This document shows positions 30,726-46,611 of a stretch of DNA of 64,000 nucleotides, piece after piece. The DNA lies in NCBI RefSeq assembly GCF_009914755.1, contig NC_060927.1. One strand, given 5' to 3'. The notes below the pieces were generated by a model that saw nothing but the letters and a program-made list of their open reading frames with translations, was not told the origin of the DNA and ran no database searches. The DNA is from the human T2T-CHM13v2.0 reference genome, Homo sapiens. Positions within the stretch are counted from its first letter, which is position 1, and the number at the start of each line of letters is the position of its first letter. A program made the translations under genes and the position numbers.

Positions 30726-32735
30726 GCAGTATTCCCTGTGGTCCTGGGCAGGGGCAGACACCTGGCTTTGGGGATTTTGGGGAAGGAGGGGGAAGCATGT
30801 CCTGAGATCCTGGGTGACTCCTGGGTGGAGCCCAGCCTGGGCCTGACTAGTGTCTAGCAGCCCGATGAGGCTTGTCACTTAGGGGAGTTCCTGTCCTCAA
30901 GTGTCAGAGGCATTGGCACCTCTGGGCCCCACTGGGGGTAGCCTGTGCACACGTGCTATGTCCTGGGACCACAGAATGGGGAAGTGGCTGAGGTTTCTGC
31001 AGGGCCAGGAGAGGAGGCCACAGTCTCTGCTCTCCACTGAAACAAACTCAGCTGTCTTTGACCACTTCATGAGCTAGGGAACGGGGCAACCTTGCAAACG
31101 AGGTATCATTTTCTCTCTATTTTTTACGTGAAAGAGGCTCAGGAAAGTGGTGAAGACAAAAAGTGGAGCAGGAATCGAACTCACGCCCAACTCCAAAGCA
31201 TCACAAGGCTCTGTCTCCAAGGAACCAGGCAAGGAAGGGCTGGGAGATTGGTATTGGGCAAAAATAGAACCACATAAGTCAATGATACAGGGTACTCAAG
31301 AGGGGTGCGAGAAGAAGGGAGATAACTCAGAAGACTGAAGAGTGAAGAGTGAGAAACCGAGGGAGGAAAAGGAGAAATGAGGCCCTATGGTACTAGGGGT
31401 GTCTCTGCTCTATCTCTGCTGGAATGGAAGGTCCCAGGTATGTGGAGTTCTAAATCCAGAAATCTCCAAGGCCCAGGCAGGGAACTCAAATGAATGCACA
31501 GGCCTGGTGAGGTGACCTGGAGAACCCACTTGTAGAAAGGGGACAGCCTCCACTCAGTCCCCGCGGGTGTGCCGAGGCGTGCAGGAACCAGGCCCAGGCT
31601 TGCCGGAGTGCCACATCTTCTTTCAAGAGAAGCAGGAAATTCATTTTTTAAAATGTGAACTCTCATAATTTTAAAACGCTGGTAACCAAAACAATTTAAA
31701 ATATCATTTTAAGAAAAACAAAAACAAAAACGAAAAGCCTACTGGCTGCCAGGATACAACCTCTGCTTTATGCCACTTGTTTACATGAGGGGCTCATGGT
31801 CAGATTGCAAGTCAATCCAGGGCTTCTCAAGACCCCAGGAGGAGCAGAGTGTGTGTGTGTCAGGGCGGTGAGAATTGAGGACTCTGAGGAAGAAAGCATC
31901 CAGATTTCCAGAGAGAAGGAAACAGAGTAAGACCAATGCATTGCTACCAGAAAATGCAAAAGGGACATTTGCCTTTGACCACTGAGGTGCCTTCCACCAG
32001 CCCTTCCCTGTCACAGTGGGGCAGGGCCTTCAGCTCCACTGGAGGATATGAGGATACCCGTGCAGAGAGGGCTGAGGGAGGCAGGGAGGAGGGATGCTTG
32101 GGGGCGGTGGAAGCCGCTCAGCTGGGCTGCTGAGAAGTGAATCACATTTCCATGTGATAGGTGCAGTTCACACTTTGTAAGGGAGCAGGGAGCCTGACTT
32201 TTCTAAATATACCAGGCAAGCCAAACAGCCACCTGGCTTGGGATTGACATTCCTGACAGGAGGCTGGGCAAGCCCTTGGACTCCGTATCTGTAGGCTGCG
32301 CCTCAGGATGCTGCTCTGACTAGGGGAGAGTGGCTGAGGCAGGAACTGGGCCTTCTGGAAGGTGCCCACAGATATCAGTTCTTGGGTAAATACATGTAGG
32401 AAACTTGGGAAAACCCTCACAGACCCAGATTAAGCTGTGCAACCACAAGCTTCCAGAGGGGTTACTGGAAACTCCTGGTGGACCTCCCTCTTTCTGTTGC
32501 CCTCGGTCCTCCCCGGGCTGCCTGAAACAGCGGCCCCCTGGTTGTGTCCTCCAAGCTTATTCGCGGCAGTATTCACGACATCCTTCTCAGGGCCTGGGAG
32601 GGTCCCCCCTAAATCCACAATCTCCCGGAAAATCCCCACCTGAGATCACAATGTGGGCAGCCCTGACTCTGCCTGCCTTGGCAGCAAGCTCAGGTCCCTG
32701 GAGGAGTAGGAAGTTACCTACTTGGCTTACCCTGA

Positions 32736-33067
<332 letters not shown>

Positions 33068-34136
33068 AGTGGCCCCTATCCCTCTTGGCATCAGTTTCCA
33101 ACTCTGTACAAGTGGAGACTGGAGGTGACAACGCCATTCTGAGGCCCCTTCCACGCCTGAGATGGCATAGTTCCCTCAGGTACGATGTGCGCTGGGGGCT
33201 TGTGGTGCTGTAGCGGGTAGGGGCAGTCTTCCGTGGAGCGGGTGGGGCTGCTCCTCGGCTTACTTTGGGCATGAGGTAAAGCAGCCCCAGCTGTGGGCAG
33301 GCAATGTCAGTGTGTGCTGCCGGGCCCAGGAGGGCTTTCAGGGAAAGCTGGGGCTTGATGAGCTGCCCTAATGCTGGGAAGAAGAGGCAGCAATGACCCA
33401 AAGAAACATAGGCAATGTAGGCTTTAGGCTGTGGGCAGAGGTGCCCCTGGCATGGCCCACCCAGCCCAGCCCTGGGGAGGGGGCTTGGTCCCAGGATGCT
33501 GCAGATAAGGACCTGGAGGCCTGTGAGAATCTTGTGAGCAGACTCCGAGCTGCCAGCAGCTCTGCTAATGACCGGGACCCGAGGGTGATGCTGGGTCCCA
33601 GGAAAGTCAGGAAAGTTTGGAGCTCAGATGCCCAGTGCTCTGACTACAGCAGCCATGGAATGGTGCTGCAGCCTGGGCTCCAGGAGGTGGGGTCCTCCCA
33701 GCACCTCGACGTCTTATCACATTCACCGTGCTTGTCAGGAGCCCCAAGGGCTCAGAGAGGCCTCCAGTCTCTAAGGAGCTTCTGCAACCTTTGAGAGGCT
33801 GCCTTGGTGGGCAACTCACATGATATTCTGCCACAAATGAGGCTTGACCCTGGTGGAGGGAAACAGTTGTGGGCTTTGGGGTCAGTGAGATCTGGTTCAA
33901 ATCCTGAATCACTCCTCAGAGAGACTTCATCTGACCACACTTTCTAACACATTGCCTTTCTAGGTTTCTTCACAGTCCGTTAAACTACCTGATTTAATCA
34001 TCTGTTTATGAGCTTCCTGACATCTCCCAAACCCCAGTGAAAGGCTGGGCCCTGAGAATACAGTGGGAAGCAAGCCTGATGAAGTTCTTACCCTTGGGGA
34101 GCTTTCCGTCCTTGGTGGGCAAACAGGTAAGAGGCG

Positions 34137-34224
34137 GCAACGAGGACTGTGATGGGGAAGCATGCTCATTGTCACAGAGCAACGAGGACTGTGATGGGGA
34201 AACATGCTCATTGTCACAGAGCAA
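34137..34224. repeat. Tandem duplication, 2 x 42 bp
   Basis: gcaacgaggactgtgatggggaa(g/a)catgctcattgtcacaga at 34137 and 34179. Confidence 0.92.
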
Positions 34225-34245
34225 GTTAGCAAATTATTTAAAGTG

Positions 34246-34555
34246 TTTTTTTTTTTTTTTTTTTTGAGACGGAGTCTTGCTCTGTCGCCCAGGCTGGAGT
34301 GCAGTGGCGCGATCTCAGCTCACTGCAAGCTCCGCCTCCCAGGTTCCAGGTTCACGCCATTCTCCTGCCTCAGCCTCCCGAGTAGCTGGGACTACAGGCA
34401 CCCGTCACCACACCCAGCTAATTTTTTGTATTTTTTTAGTAGAGATGGGGTTTCACCGTGTTAGCTAGGATGGTCTCGATCTCCTGACCTTGTGATCCGC
34501 CCACCTTGGCCTCCCAAAGTGCTGGGATTACAGGCGTGAGCCACCGAGCCTGGCC
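34246..34555 (-). mobile_element. AluY-like with TSD
   Basis: AluY diagnostics (gcaagctcc, cacgccattc); TSD taaagtgttttt. Confidence 0.95.
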
Positions 34556-34569
34556 TAAAGTGTTTTTAA

Positions 34570-34806
<237 letters not shown>

Positions 34807-35160
34807 GCACTGTGGGAGCATCTAGGAGGAGCACCATAGCCAGTTCTGGGACCTGGGGCAGGTATTTCCTGGAGAAGGGGGCCCCAGTCACACCTGAAGG
34901 ATGGAAATGAATTAGCAAGGTGGAGGGGGAATGAGTCTTCCAAGTGGAGGGAATGTGGTGTACAAAAGCCAGGATGTGACAGCCAAGCGCCCTGAGAGCC
35001 TGATAGGCTTTCTCAGGATGGGGAGTGGAGGGGCTAGGGACACAGGCAGGCAGGCACAGGTCGATGAAGGTCTTAGCTCATGTTTGGGAGTCTGGACTTT
35101 ACCCCAAGAACAACACACTTACTGAAGGCTTTTAAGTGGAGAAAACATGATCTCACATTT

Positions 35161-35473
<313 letters not shown>

Positions 35474-36394
35474 ACATCTTGCATTTTTAAAAGTTGATTC
35501 TGGCTGCTGTATGGAGAATGAATTCGGGAGACCAGAAGTGGAAGGTGAGAGGCTGGTTAGGAGGCTTCAGCTGCCATCCAGCTGAGAGATGATGGTGGCG
35601 TGGACAAGAAAGGAGGCAGTGGAAGAGGGAAGTTGATAGATTGGATAGATTCAGTCCATCCTCAGCAGACAGAATCAACAGGATTTAGCTACTGATTCAA
35701 AATGAAGGGGGCTCGGGGCCAATCAGGGAGCAGAAGAGGAAAAGTGACTCCCAAGTTCTTGACTTGAGCAACTGGACGATGGGATGCCATTCAGCGAGGT
35801 GGGGGAGACAGGAGGAGGGCAGGAGGAGGAAGAGGAAGAAAAGATTGGTGGCAGAGGAAGAGGAGGGTGCTTCATTTTGGATAGGTTGAGCCTTTGGTGC
35901 TCATGGCATACCTCAGTGGCGATGGCCAGGAGAAGTCTGAAATGATGCAGGCTTAGACAGAGGCCTGAGCCACCAGCATGGAGATGCAGCTGGAAGCCAC
36001 GGGAGCCTTGCTGCTCCTCTCCAGCGCCTGCTTCAGAAACCTGCAAGGCTGGCTGGGCAGGGACAGGGCTGAACCAGAGTCTCTGGACAGGAAGCACTGG
36101 GGCCTAAGCTGAACCCTTTCCCTAGTGCTCCATCCAGTGGGGCAGCTCCCCCTGGTCCTTGCGGATGCCTGACAGGTAGGAGTGTGGACTCCTGCAGCCT
36201 CACCTTCTGATTTTTCTTAGATGGTTACATGATGTCTCTCAGTTTTAAAGTGTTTATAACTGGTTCCACTTTAATACAATGTGGGCAGAACAGAATACAT
36301 CTGTGGGCCAGATATGCTCTGGGGACCACTGGTCAGGGGTCTGGGGTTCGAAGTGAGAGGAGATGCTGAACAAAACCCTCAGGATCAGGCACCT

Positions 36395-36576
36395 TTAAGG
36401 CAATGTTCCCCCAAATTAACCCAGAAGCCCCTGCATCAGAATCACCCATGGAGTGTGCCTAAAAATGGAACCCCAAGCTCTGTCTCCAGCGATTCAGATT
36501 CAGAAGGCCTGGGGAAGGTCCAGGAATCTGATTTTAACCAGCGCCATAGGTGCACACTCAAGTCTGAGAACCTCTG
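36395..36576. mobile_element. MER5-like hAT MITE
   Basis: ctgcatcagaatcacc...gattcagattcagaagg...caggaatctgattttaac...gagaacctctg. Confidence 0.65.
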
Positions 36577-37468
36577 AGTTGGGGGGTTGGCAGGGGAGAC
36601 AGAGAAAGGTTGGTTTAGGCAGGAGAAAACCAAAAGAACAGGATCTCAAAAGAAAAGGTCATTTCAGGAAAGATGGCTGGCTGATGGGAAGGAAAGATGT
36701 TGGCTTCCTGGGAAGGATTCCAAAGTCCATCTTCATCCTTCTCCAACACATCTTCGTTCCTCCCTAAGGAAGAGGAATGTTGATCTTAATGTTCAGTTCT
36801 GAGATTGTGATGGAGCTGCATTTGCTAGTGGGAGTGATGGAGCCAATGGGCATTAAGAGGTCTGTGCACAGGGGTGTGGTTCCCTCTTCTGTCTCTCCAG
36901 TCCTAAGTGGTAAGTGGAGCGGGGTGGGCTCTCTTCTTGGATGCTTTCCTGTCCTTCCTGGCCCTGGCCCCCACCAGCCGAGCATGGCGGCACATGCACT
37001 CAATCTTTATGAATTTCTGTCCCGGAGCTGGGGGTGTCGGAGCAGCCTTTCTCCCCATTTCAGTGGATAAGAGCTAAGTGCTAGGATGGAGAGTGGGATG
37101 GGGTCGGGTGAGAGGTGAATTGAGCAGGTCTCACAGTTTCCTGTGCTGAAGCCACTACCTCTCACTGGTTTAGGAAGCAGGAGTGTTCTGTGAGGTTCTG
37201 CCCAGACTACCATAATCCTACCCTAGGGCTCAAGCCAGTTAACTGCAACACGAGTTTGCTTGCTTTCCATTGATTCTTTTGTATACAACTCCACTGGGAA
37301 TGCATCGAGGAGAAATGAGAGTTCTGGGCTGGGACTGGGCATTGTTGGGCCCCCCAGTCTACTCCAAAACCGTATCATTATTTCTAACACCCAGCAGGAC
37401 TGCACGCCAACTTCAACCACAAGACAGAGACAAAAAAGTGTGCACTGGCTTTCATAACAAGGTCATTA

Positions 37469-38023
<555 letters not shown>

Positions 38024-38389
38024 TTAGTTTTGGTGAAAGGTCACCCCATCCATTCTAACATCAGGAAAAGGAAAGGATGATCCCAGCATGGGCAAGTTTA
38101 TAGATCTGGTGACAAAAAAAGTGGAAGGAATTACTATCTGATGGCTCTGTTTTCTCTGTGAAATTGGGGGTGATATCCTGGGCTGATAGTGAGTAAGAGA
38201 TTGAAAGATGAAGTTTAAAAGAAATTACAGAGAGTGTCCCAGGCAGGCAGCCCCAGGGTGAGGCCCAGCAGATTGATCACAGCACCACAGGTGCTGCCAG
38301 TCCCAGCCCAGTCTGCTCAGACAAGTTCACATCAAGTGGAAGCCTCCAGCCAGTGCTGCCGACACCTGGGTTCTCAGCCTAATAATTCA

Positions 38390-38736
<347 letters not shown>

Positions 38737-41199
38737 ATCCCTAGAAACAACAGAGCAGGAACAAGGAAAAATCTTCCTAGAGCCCAGGCTAAACCCCCAT
38801 CTCTCATTTTTCCCCTTGGATAGGTCAATATTCCCTGATGGGGACAGCTGCCACCGATAGATTAGTATTTTTCAAAGTGTGTTCAAAGAACTTTAGCCCT
38901 GAAGACGTGTCAAAGATAAAGGTGAAAAACAGGTTTGGAAAATCCTGCATTAACACTCCTCTTGGAGGTTGCATTCATATACAGAAAGATCTGAAACATT
39001 TAGCAGGAGAGAAAACTTTAATTTTTGTTTCAGTGTTTTAAACCACAGACTCCTCTCCCTAACATGCCCATGTTCCCATGATCACTGAGAACTAATAGTC
39101 TGTGGATTTCACCTTAACATATATTCGTTAAGTCAGCAAATCACTTGAACATGACTATCAGCCCAGGCACAATCAACTAGTTGTGGTTAGTGAAGGACAT
39201 TATCCATTTGGTATGTCCAAAGTGGTTGTCATTTAAACAACTATCTCTTGAGGAAGATTTTCAGCCTGTTGAAGAGTGAGAATAATCTGTGGCATGAACA
39301 GAAGCATTTTAAATCTGTGAGAAAACTCACAGTCCAAGAGTCAAGTTAACTGAAATCCACAGAATAGACTGAACATGCTGCAGACAAGCATTCTTGGTCC
39401 AGACACCGCCTTATAAGGTGGCCTGACATTTTCTCATGGCCCAGGCCACCCTCCAAAAATATCCAGAGACAGAATAAGAGTGGGAACTGGCCTCCCTGAA
39501 CGTTTCAAATATGAACAAGCAGGCTCTCCATGAAACAGGAGGGCTGACACCTGCTTTGCAAGCCAGCTCCAAAAGCGCTCTGCTTTTCAAAACCAAGTAG
39601 TTGCAGGGTCTGCGATGGGGAGGAGGGCTCTGCAGCTGGGAGAAAATAGATTGAGCCTCGAAGCACGCACCCAAGCTGGTTTCTTTGCTCCAAAAAAAGT
39701 GTTATTTCCTGTACTCCTCCAGAATATGCTTTAAAATCTGTCTTTGCTTTATATGGACAATAAAAGATCCGTGACTGATTTTCATTAGAGTGCCTCTGCC
39801 CCTTTCCGTGTCCTTGGGATGAAGCTGTTTCCCAAACTCCTTTGGCTCTTAAGGCCCCAATCGCTTGTGAGGTGCTGCCCCCGAGTGGGGAAGCCTGGCT
39901 ACGACAACACCGAGGGGGAAATACAGATCCCGGCTTTAACCAAGTGCAGCATCTGGAAACACATCTGGATTGCCTCCACCCAAAGCCAAAGATAGATGTG
40001 AAAGCACTACCATGGTAACAAGTCTATGCTCTGGAATTAGGGAGCAGAAAGCGTGACTTCCAAACATAAAAATATTTATGAAATGGGCACTCTAGGTGCT
40101 TATATACACAGCCTTTCACATTCTTATTTTTGCTCACCAAATGAGGTTTTAGGGTGAATTGCCTTTTGTGGGAAGGATTATTTTTGGTATTGAGACTTGC
40201 CCTCATAGCACTAATATATCTTTAAATTAAAAGAAGTATTGGTCAAATAACCACACTGCTCTCTCTTCTAACTCTGGTTCTGTTATAGGCAGAGAAATGT
40301 TAATAGGTATGGCTAATTTTGGTAATAGTTGCTTAGAACAGTTTCTTCACCATTAAACTGTATGACAATGAGCCAGGCTATTTGTGAGGCTGGGATTTTT
40401 TTCTTTTCAATAATAAAAGGAATTGAAAAGCTAGTCCTCATTCTTGTTAAAGGGAATAGAAAAACACAGCAGTATTTTTGGAATGCTGTGTAACAGTAGG
40501 TCTCTTAATTATACCAATGGTAATTCCTCCAGGCTAAGGCTTATATTAACATAGTACACATAATTGCCACAAAATATGACAATGACAAATTGGAAAGCCC
40601 TTGTCTCCATTACCATGCTAACATTGTAAAGGTTGTGTTTTCTGAGTAGCCTCTACTATTAACTTTACCATCTGTTCCGCAGTTTCAGCTGCAATACTTT
40701 TTTCATAAATGAAAAAGCCAACCTCTGAAGCTGAATAGGCTCTACATGAGGAGAGGTGGTCTAACCTCTGAGCTGGGAACATCTAGGCTGCGATCAGATG
40801 GCATTTAGAAGGGAAGTGTTCTCCTTTGGAACAAAGACCACACTCTTAGGCCGTGGTGATGATCTGAGAAAGAGCTGGCAGACTCAGGTGGGGAGCACAT
40901 CACTGCTACAGGCACCATGATCAAGTCGTCACTGGGAAAAGTGACTAGAACATACCCAGCACCAGAGGCCTAGAGCTAGATCAGCTGTGACCCAGCAGAG
41001 GACACCCCAAGGCAGTGTCCTTCCCACCACTTCTTACTGCGAGCCTGAGTAAGGGGGGGCCACTCCTGGGATTCCTGTGTTTGGAGGCATTTTCAGAATG
41101 AGGTACTTGAACTTCACCACATCTTGCTTTAATGTAAGATGAACAGTGCTGGGCAACAGGATCTCCCGCTGAACTTCTGTTAGAAAAGTTACACTAACA

Positions 41200-41507
<308 letters not shown>

Positions 41508-41874
41508 CTAACAAAACCCCAGCTTGTTATAAGACAAGGTTCCTCAACCCCATGCTGATTAATATCTTAGATTCCCTGGTCACTTGCATGAGGAACCCCT
41601 TGTCCCTCTGCAGCCAGCTTGCAGACTGGCTTAGCCTGAAGACTGACTGGCAGGGAAGGACTTTTTGGAAACCTCTTAATATAATCTGTCTTTCCTGTAA
41701 GTGCAGAACCATTATGAATAGCAGAATTAGATTTTAAAATTGTCAAAGAGCTGGAGTCCATAATTGAACTGAAATTCTCCCATATTCCTGCAACACCACA
41801 TTCAGGCCTACTGACTATGAAAAATCACTGCACTCACTGGTAGGTATTTCAAATCCAGGCAGAGCACACACCAG

Positions 41875-41880
41875 TTTATT
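41875..41880 (-). terminator. HACD2: Probable distal polyadenylation signal (AATAAA) of HACD2
   Basis: tttatt on plus at the end of an AU-rich, UGUA-rich tract; GU-rich sequence follows on minus. Confidence 0.65.
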
Positions 41881-43364
41881 TTGAAATGCAACACAGATCA
41901 GTATTTTATGAATACAACTTATTACTACATTATCAGGTAAAAACAGCTTTCAAATGCATGCATAGAAAGTTAAGCGTAGTCTCTGGACTCCTTATTTCTA
42001 AATATACAAAAAATACATTTAAATTATATAATTTTAGTGAATCAAAGACTTATAAAATTACAATTTTGGTTTTCACAACATAGAAAAAATACAAAAATGA
42101 CTATATATACGGTTGTACAATTTTTTACCCAAATTTCAAAGGAGCAGTATGTATTGAATTTAATGTTTTATAATGTTTTATCTGAAACTCAGAACTGCAA
42201 GTAATTTGCAGGTTGTACCATATCAATGCCAACCTTTTATTATAAATGAATAACCAAAAAAATAAGTGAAAAATGAGGGCACGATCTCTTCTTACACCTC
42301 TTCAACTCTCCAGCATCTAAACCTTTCCTGTCAGAAGTCTGCTCTGGAGACTTTTTTCATCTGCAAGGACAGTGCTTTATTCCATGACTAACTCTCCATG
42401 GTGCCTCTGGATAATGGTTGGTACGTGTTAAATGAATAAGCCCAACCTCAGCAAACAGAACGCAGCAAGATGTAGATTAGCAGTCTGTGCTGACAAAAGC
42501 ACTACTGCGTACCTCAAAGAATTCTCTGTCAGAAGAAGGCCCCCACGGAGGGATCTGAAATACATAATCAAGTGGGTAGTTGGGAGGATGATGCCTTTGA
42601 CTATGCCCTGAAATGAAACCTCTAAGTCTGACAAAATACCCACAAAAACATGACCTTCCTTGTTCACACTTTATAAGAAGGTGTGACATTTGGTGGTGTG
42701 GTTGTTCTCAATTTATAAAATAATAAATGACTTCAAAGGAGAAATGAATTCATGTTAGGGATAAAGAAACCAGTTACTGAGAGAGGTTACTGAAGGACAC
42801 AGTGACATGCCTTACTTATCTGCCATAAGTATTCTAAATGTTGATGTACAAAAATACACACTGGGGTTGAGACCCTTTTTGAAAAGGGAGCTGTGTGCTG
42901 TGTTCTCATTGCCAAAGTTCAATTCAATGCAACACCACTGTTTGCAACAGAATGTTTTTTATAAGTAGTGACAAATTATAATAAGGAGGCCCAAATAAAA
43001 CCCCCAGTCCAGCAACCCTGGAAAAGCTGCATTTTTCATCCTGATTTCTAGAATTTTTCCAAAAACAACTGAAAAAATCTAACAGAACAAAGTAAATGAC
43101 AAATATAACCCAAGTTGATTCTATTTTATAGTAGAAATACATTATGGAAGAATAAAATGAGAGAAAAGTCATGCAAAAAATCTTTCCCACATATTTTGTC
43201 TATCAAATACAAGAATAGATTCTAATTTCAACATGTCCAAGTTGAGTGCTGACTTTAAGAAGCAGAATTTTAATGTTCAATTCAAAAATAATTTATTACA
43301 CACCTGCCTGCATTAAATTTTCAAACTTCTATAAAAATAAGCACTTAAAAATTTAGTTTTCCAG

Positions 43365-43737
<373 letters not shown>

Positions 43738-45180
43738 TTAAACTCTTAAAGTTCAACATCAACCCCCACCCTGCCCCCAAAAAAAGGCAGCTGCAGGGGA
43801 TGGGGGAGGAAAAAAGGCTCCATGAAGAAGATACTGTGCTATTTAATACTTAATGCACATCTAAACTTGGGCTTTCACATTTTCATCCAACTCTTTCTTT
43901 CTTATTTTTTTTCAGTTTACCTACAGTTGCAGTACCAATCCTTTCTTGAGGAGTTTTAAATGCATGGTTGAGCAATTAAATTGTATGAGGATGTGACATG
44001 GATTAGACAATGTCGGTAGTACCAAACTATTTCTTGGCTGCTCCAACATGCGGAGATGACACTGCTTTTAGCTCATGACAGCCCAAGGGGAATGTTTTAC
44101 TGACTATGGACTTATAGCTTGGTGGAAATTAACATAGGACGTTAATTAGCAAAAGTATCCAAACAGAAGAGTGAATGAAAATTTAAAAATAAAACAATAA
44201 TGGTGTATAAATCTATTCCTGAATGTTTTTCCTGACTACCTTTCTAAAGCAACACCTTCCATGTGCTTTCACTAACACAGCCTCCTTTCCTATGTGACTG
44301 GATCCGCTTCTTCAGGGCCATCAGTGCATCAGTGAGAATAGCTACTGGCAAACACGTTACTCAGAGGTGTTCTGAGAACGGTGCTGTGAAAAGGACTTGT
44401 CACTTTTGAGCTATTGAGCTCCCCCTTTCTGAGACCTGTCATTTTGTTAAGACATGATTGAGGCTGAGCTCCAGATAAGATATATTCTTTACGGTACACA
44501 CATACTTATTAGATTCAAGCACGTTTCTTAGTGGCAGGCAGTAATGACTCAATTGGAAACAAACAAAAGGGTTCTAAGTTGTTTTCTGATTACAGGCACT
44601 ACCCCGAAGCTTCATAGACATATACATTTTATAATTCATTCATTAGATGTGAGGGGATAGGTCCCAGCCATAACTTCAGAGCATTCCAGAGAACAGAGTT
44701 TGCCGCTTCAAAAATACAAAGTTTCCAGCATGCAGTCAAGCACTTTGACAAGGGAATGCTAAACACACTGCAGACTGAAACATAACTATACTGCAAGCTG
44801 GGCTATTCAGCTGGTACGACTTCATTATTCAGACTGTAACTCTCAAGTACTTAGTGTTACAGGTCTTCATTGATCAGATACATGAAGGACACAGAAGGAC
44901 ATAAAATGCCAAATCCCTTTCTAGTGCCATCATAAATATTAAGAACTTCTGGTTGAAAGAGCATGCTGAAATGAACTGGCCAGGGTGTTTTATGTAACAA
45001 CCTTTTTCTAAAATAAAATCTCAGGCCCATGTGACACTGGATTTTTGTTTTAGTTTTGTTTGAATATTTTAAAAATAGTTCTTACTTATTTTCTATGAAA
45101 CGTATTGGGAACTCAAAAAATCTGCAGCATTTTTTGATCATTGAAAAGTTTGTTTTGGTGGGAGGTGCAGAAAGCAGGAA

Positions 45181-45263
45181 CTATTCAAATTTCTTGTGTT
45201 CTTCAGTATGAGAAAGGATCTTTCTTCTCTGGTGTATCATGTGGAAGTATAACTGGGGAAAAA
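45181..45263 (-). CDS. HACD2: HACD2 final coding exon: (I)[26 protein letters not shown]
   Basis: Polypyrimidine tract plus CAG acceptor (AG at 45264-45265); phase matches the upstream exon; ends with TAG; C-terminal KKXX ER-retrieval motif. Confidence 0.97.
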
Positions 45264-45981
45264 CTGAAAAGAAAAGAAAAATTGGTTAAGAGGATGGTTT
45301 AAAATTGCATATGCTCTATTTAAAGCATATGAAGTTGAGGTCCTCTCTGACCCTCTGACTAATTTCTCATCCAGCAACCAAGGAAGGTAACAAAGTGGGC
45401 TTGGGGAAAGGAAGAAAAAACACAGAGAGACTTACCTCCTTTCTTTTCCTGCTTTAGCTGAGGGAAGAAGTGGTGTGGAATACAATGACAGACACTATTG
45501 TCACTATCATGACCTATATCGATGCCACAGAACAGCCAAATAATATTCTGTACGCTCATTCATGTATTATCTCCACATTTATTCTGATTAACTTCACAAC
45601 AACCAGGTGAAGAATTCTAGTGATGAAGTTATTATTCCTATTTCAAAGAGGAAGAATTTGAGCCCCAGAGAGGGTAAGCAACTTGCCTAGGGTCTCACAG
45701 TAAGCCACAGACAGAGTTGGGACCAGGCTCTTGGCTCCTGACCCTCAGCCTAGCCCCATATGGTCCCAGGGCAGGTGATTCTTTGGGAAGAGCAACCTCT
45801 CTTGGGAAGTAGTTTCGGGTAAAGACTTGAGGAGGAGGAGGAATGCCACAACATTTGCTTTGAACACAACTAAGCCAGGTTTGGATGTTAAAAAAAAAAA
45901 AGGCCTTATGAAAAGCAAGCCAGTGTCTTAGGCACTGGGGATTCTTCTGTTCTTGGTCATTTTGTAGAATACTTTAGAAAG

Positions 45982-46203
45982 CACTGGTTCTCAAATGAAT
46001 GGGATAGTACTGCCTCCCTCGGAACTATTTGGAACTATTTCGATAGTTTGACTATTTGGAAATAAGGGAGAAAGGGAAAGGTTACTGGCATTTGGCATAT
46101 GAGACCAGGGATGCTAAAACATGCCATAATGCATGACAGTACCCACTACTAAGAAGTATCCCACCCAAAATGCCTATAGTGTCCCTGCTAGGAAATACCA
46201 CTT
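45982..46203. mobile_element. MER20-like hAT MITE
   Basis: ggttctcaa...tactggcatt...ccagggatgctaaa...caaaatgcc. Confidence 0.6.
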
Positions 46204-46317
46204 TGAGCCACCTGGCCTTCACAAGGTTACTGTGTGTAAACAACTCCAGGTAAAATGCTCTTTGTTGTACAATATCCTTCCTCTCCTCATCTCTCCAACA
46301 GCTCCAATCTCTATTTT

Positions 46318-46611
46318 ATTGTTATTATTTTTTTAGACAGAGTCTTACTTTGTCACCCAGGCTGGTATGCAGTGGTGTGATCTTGGCTCATGGCCTGGAC
46401 CTCCTGGGCTCAGTCAATCCTCCCCACTCAGCCTCCTGAGTAGCTGGGACTACAGGTGCACACCACTTCACACCCAACTAATTTGAATTTTTTGTAGAGA
46501 TGAGATCTCCTACGTTGCCCAGGCTTGTCTGGAACCCCTGGGGTCAAGGGGTGTGCCCACCTCAGCCTCCCAAAGTGCTAGGACTATAGGCATGAGCTAC
46601 CAAGCCCAGCC
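46318..46611 (-). mobile_element. AluJ-like (last intron of HACD2)
   Basis: Diverged reverse dimer. Confidence 0.9.
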
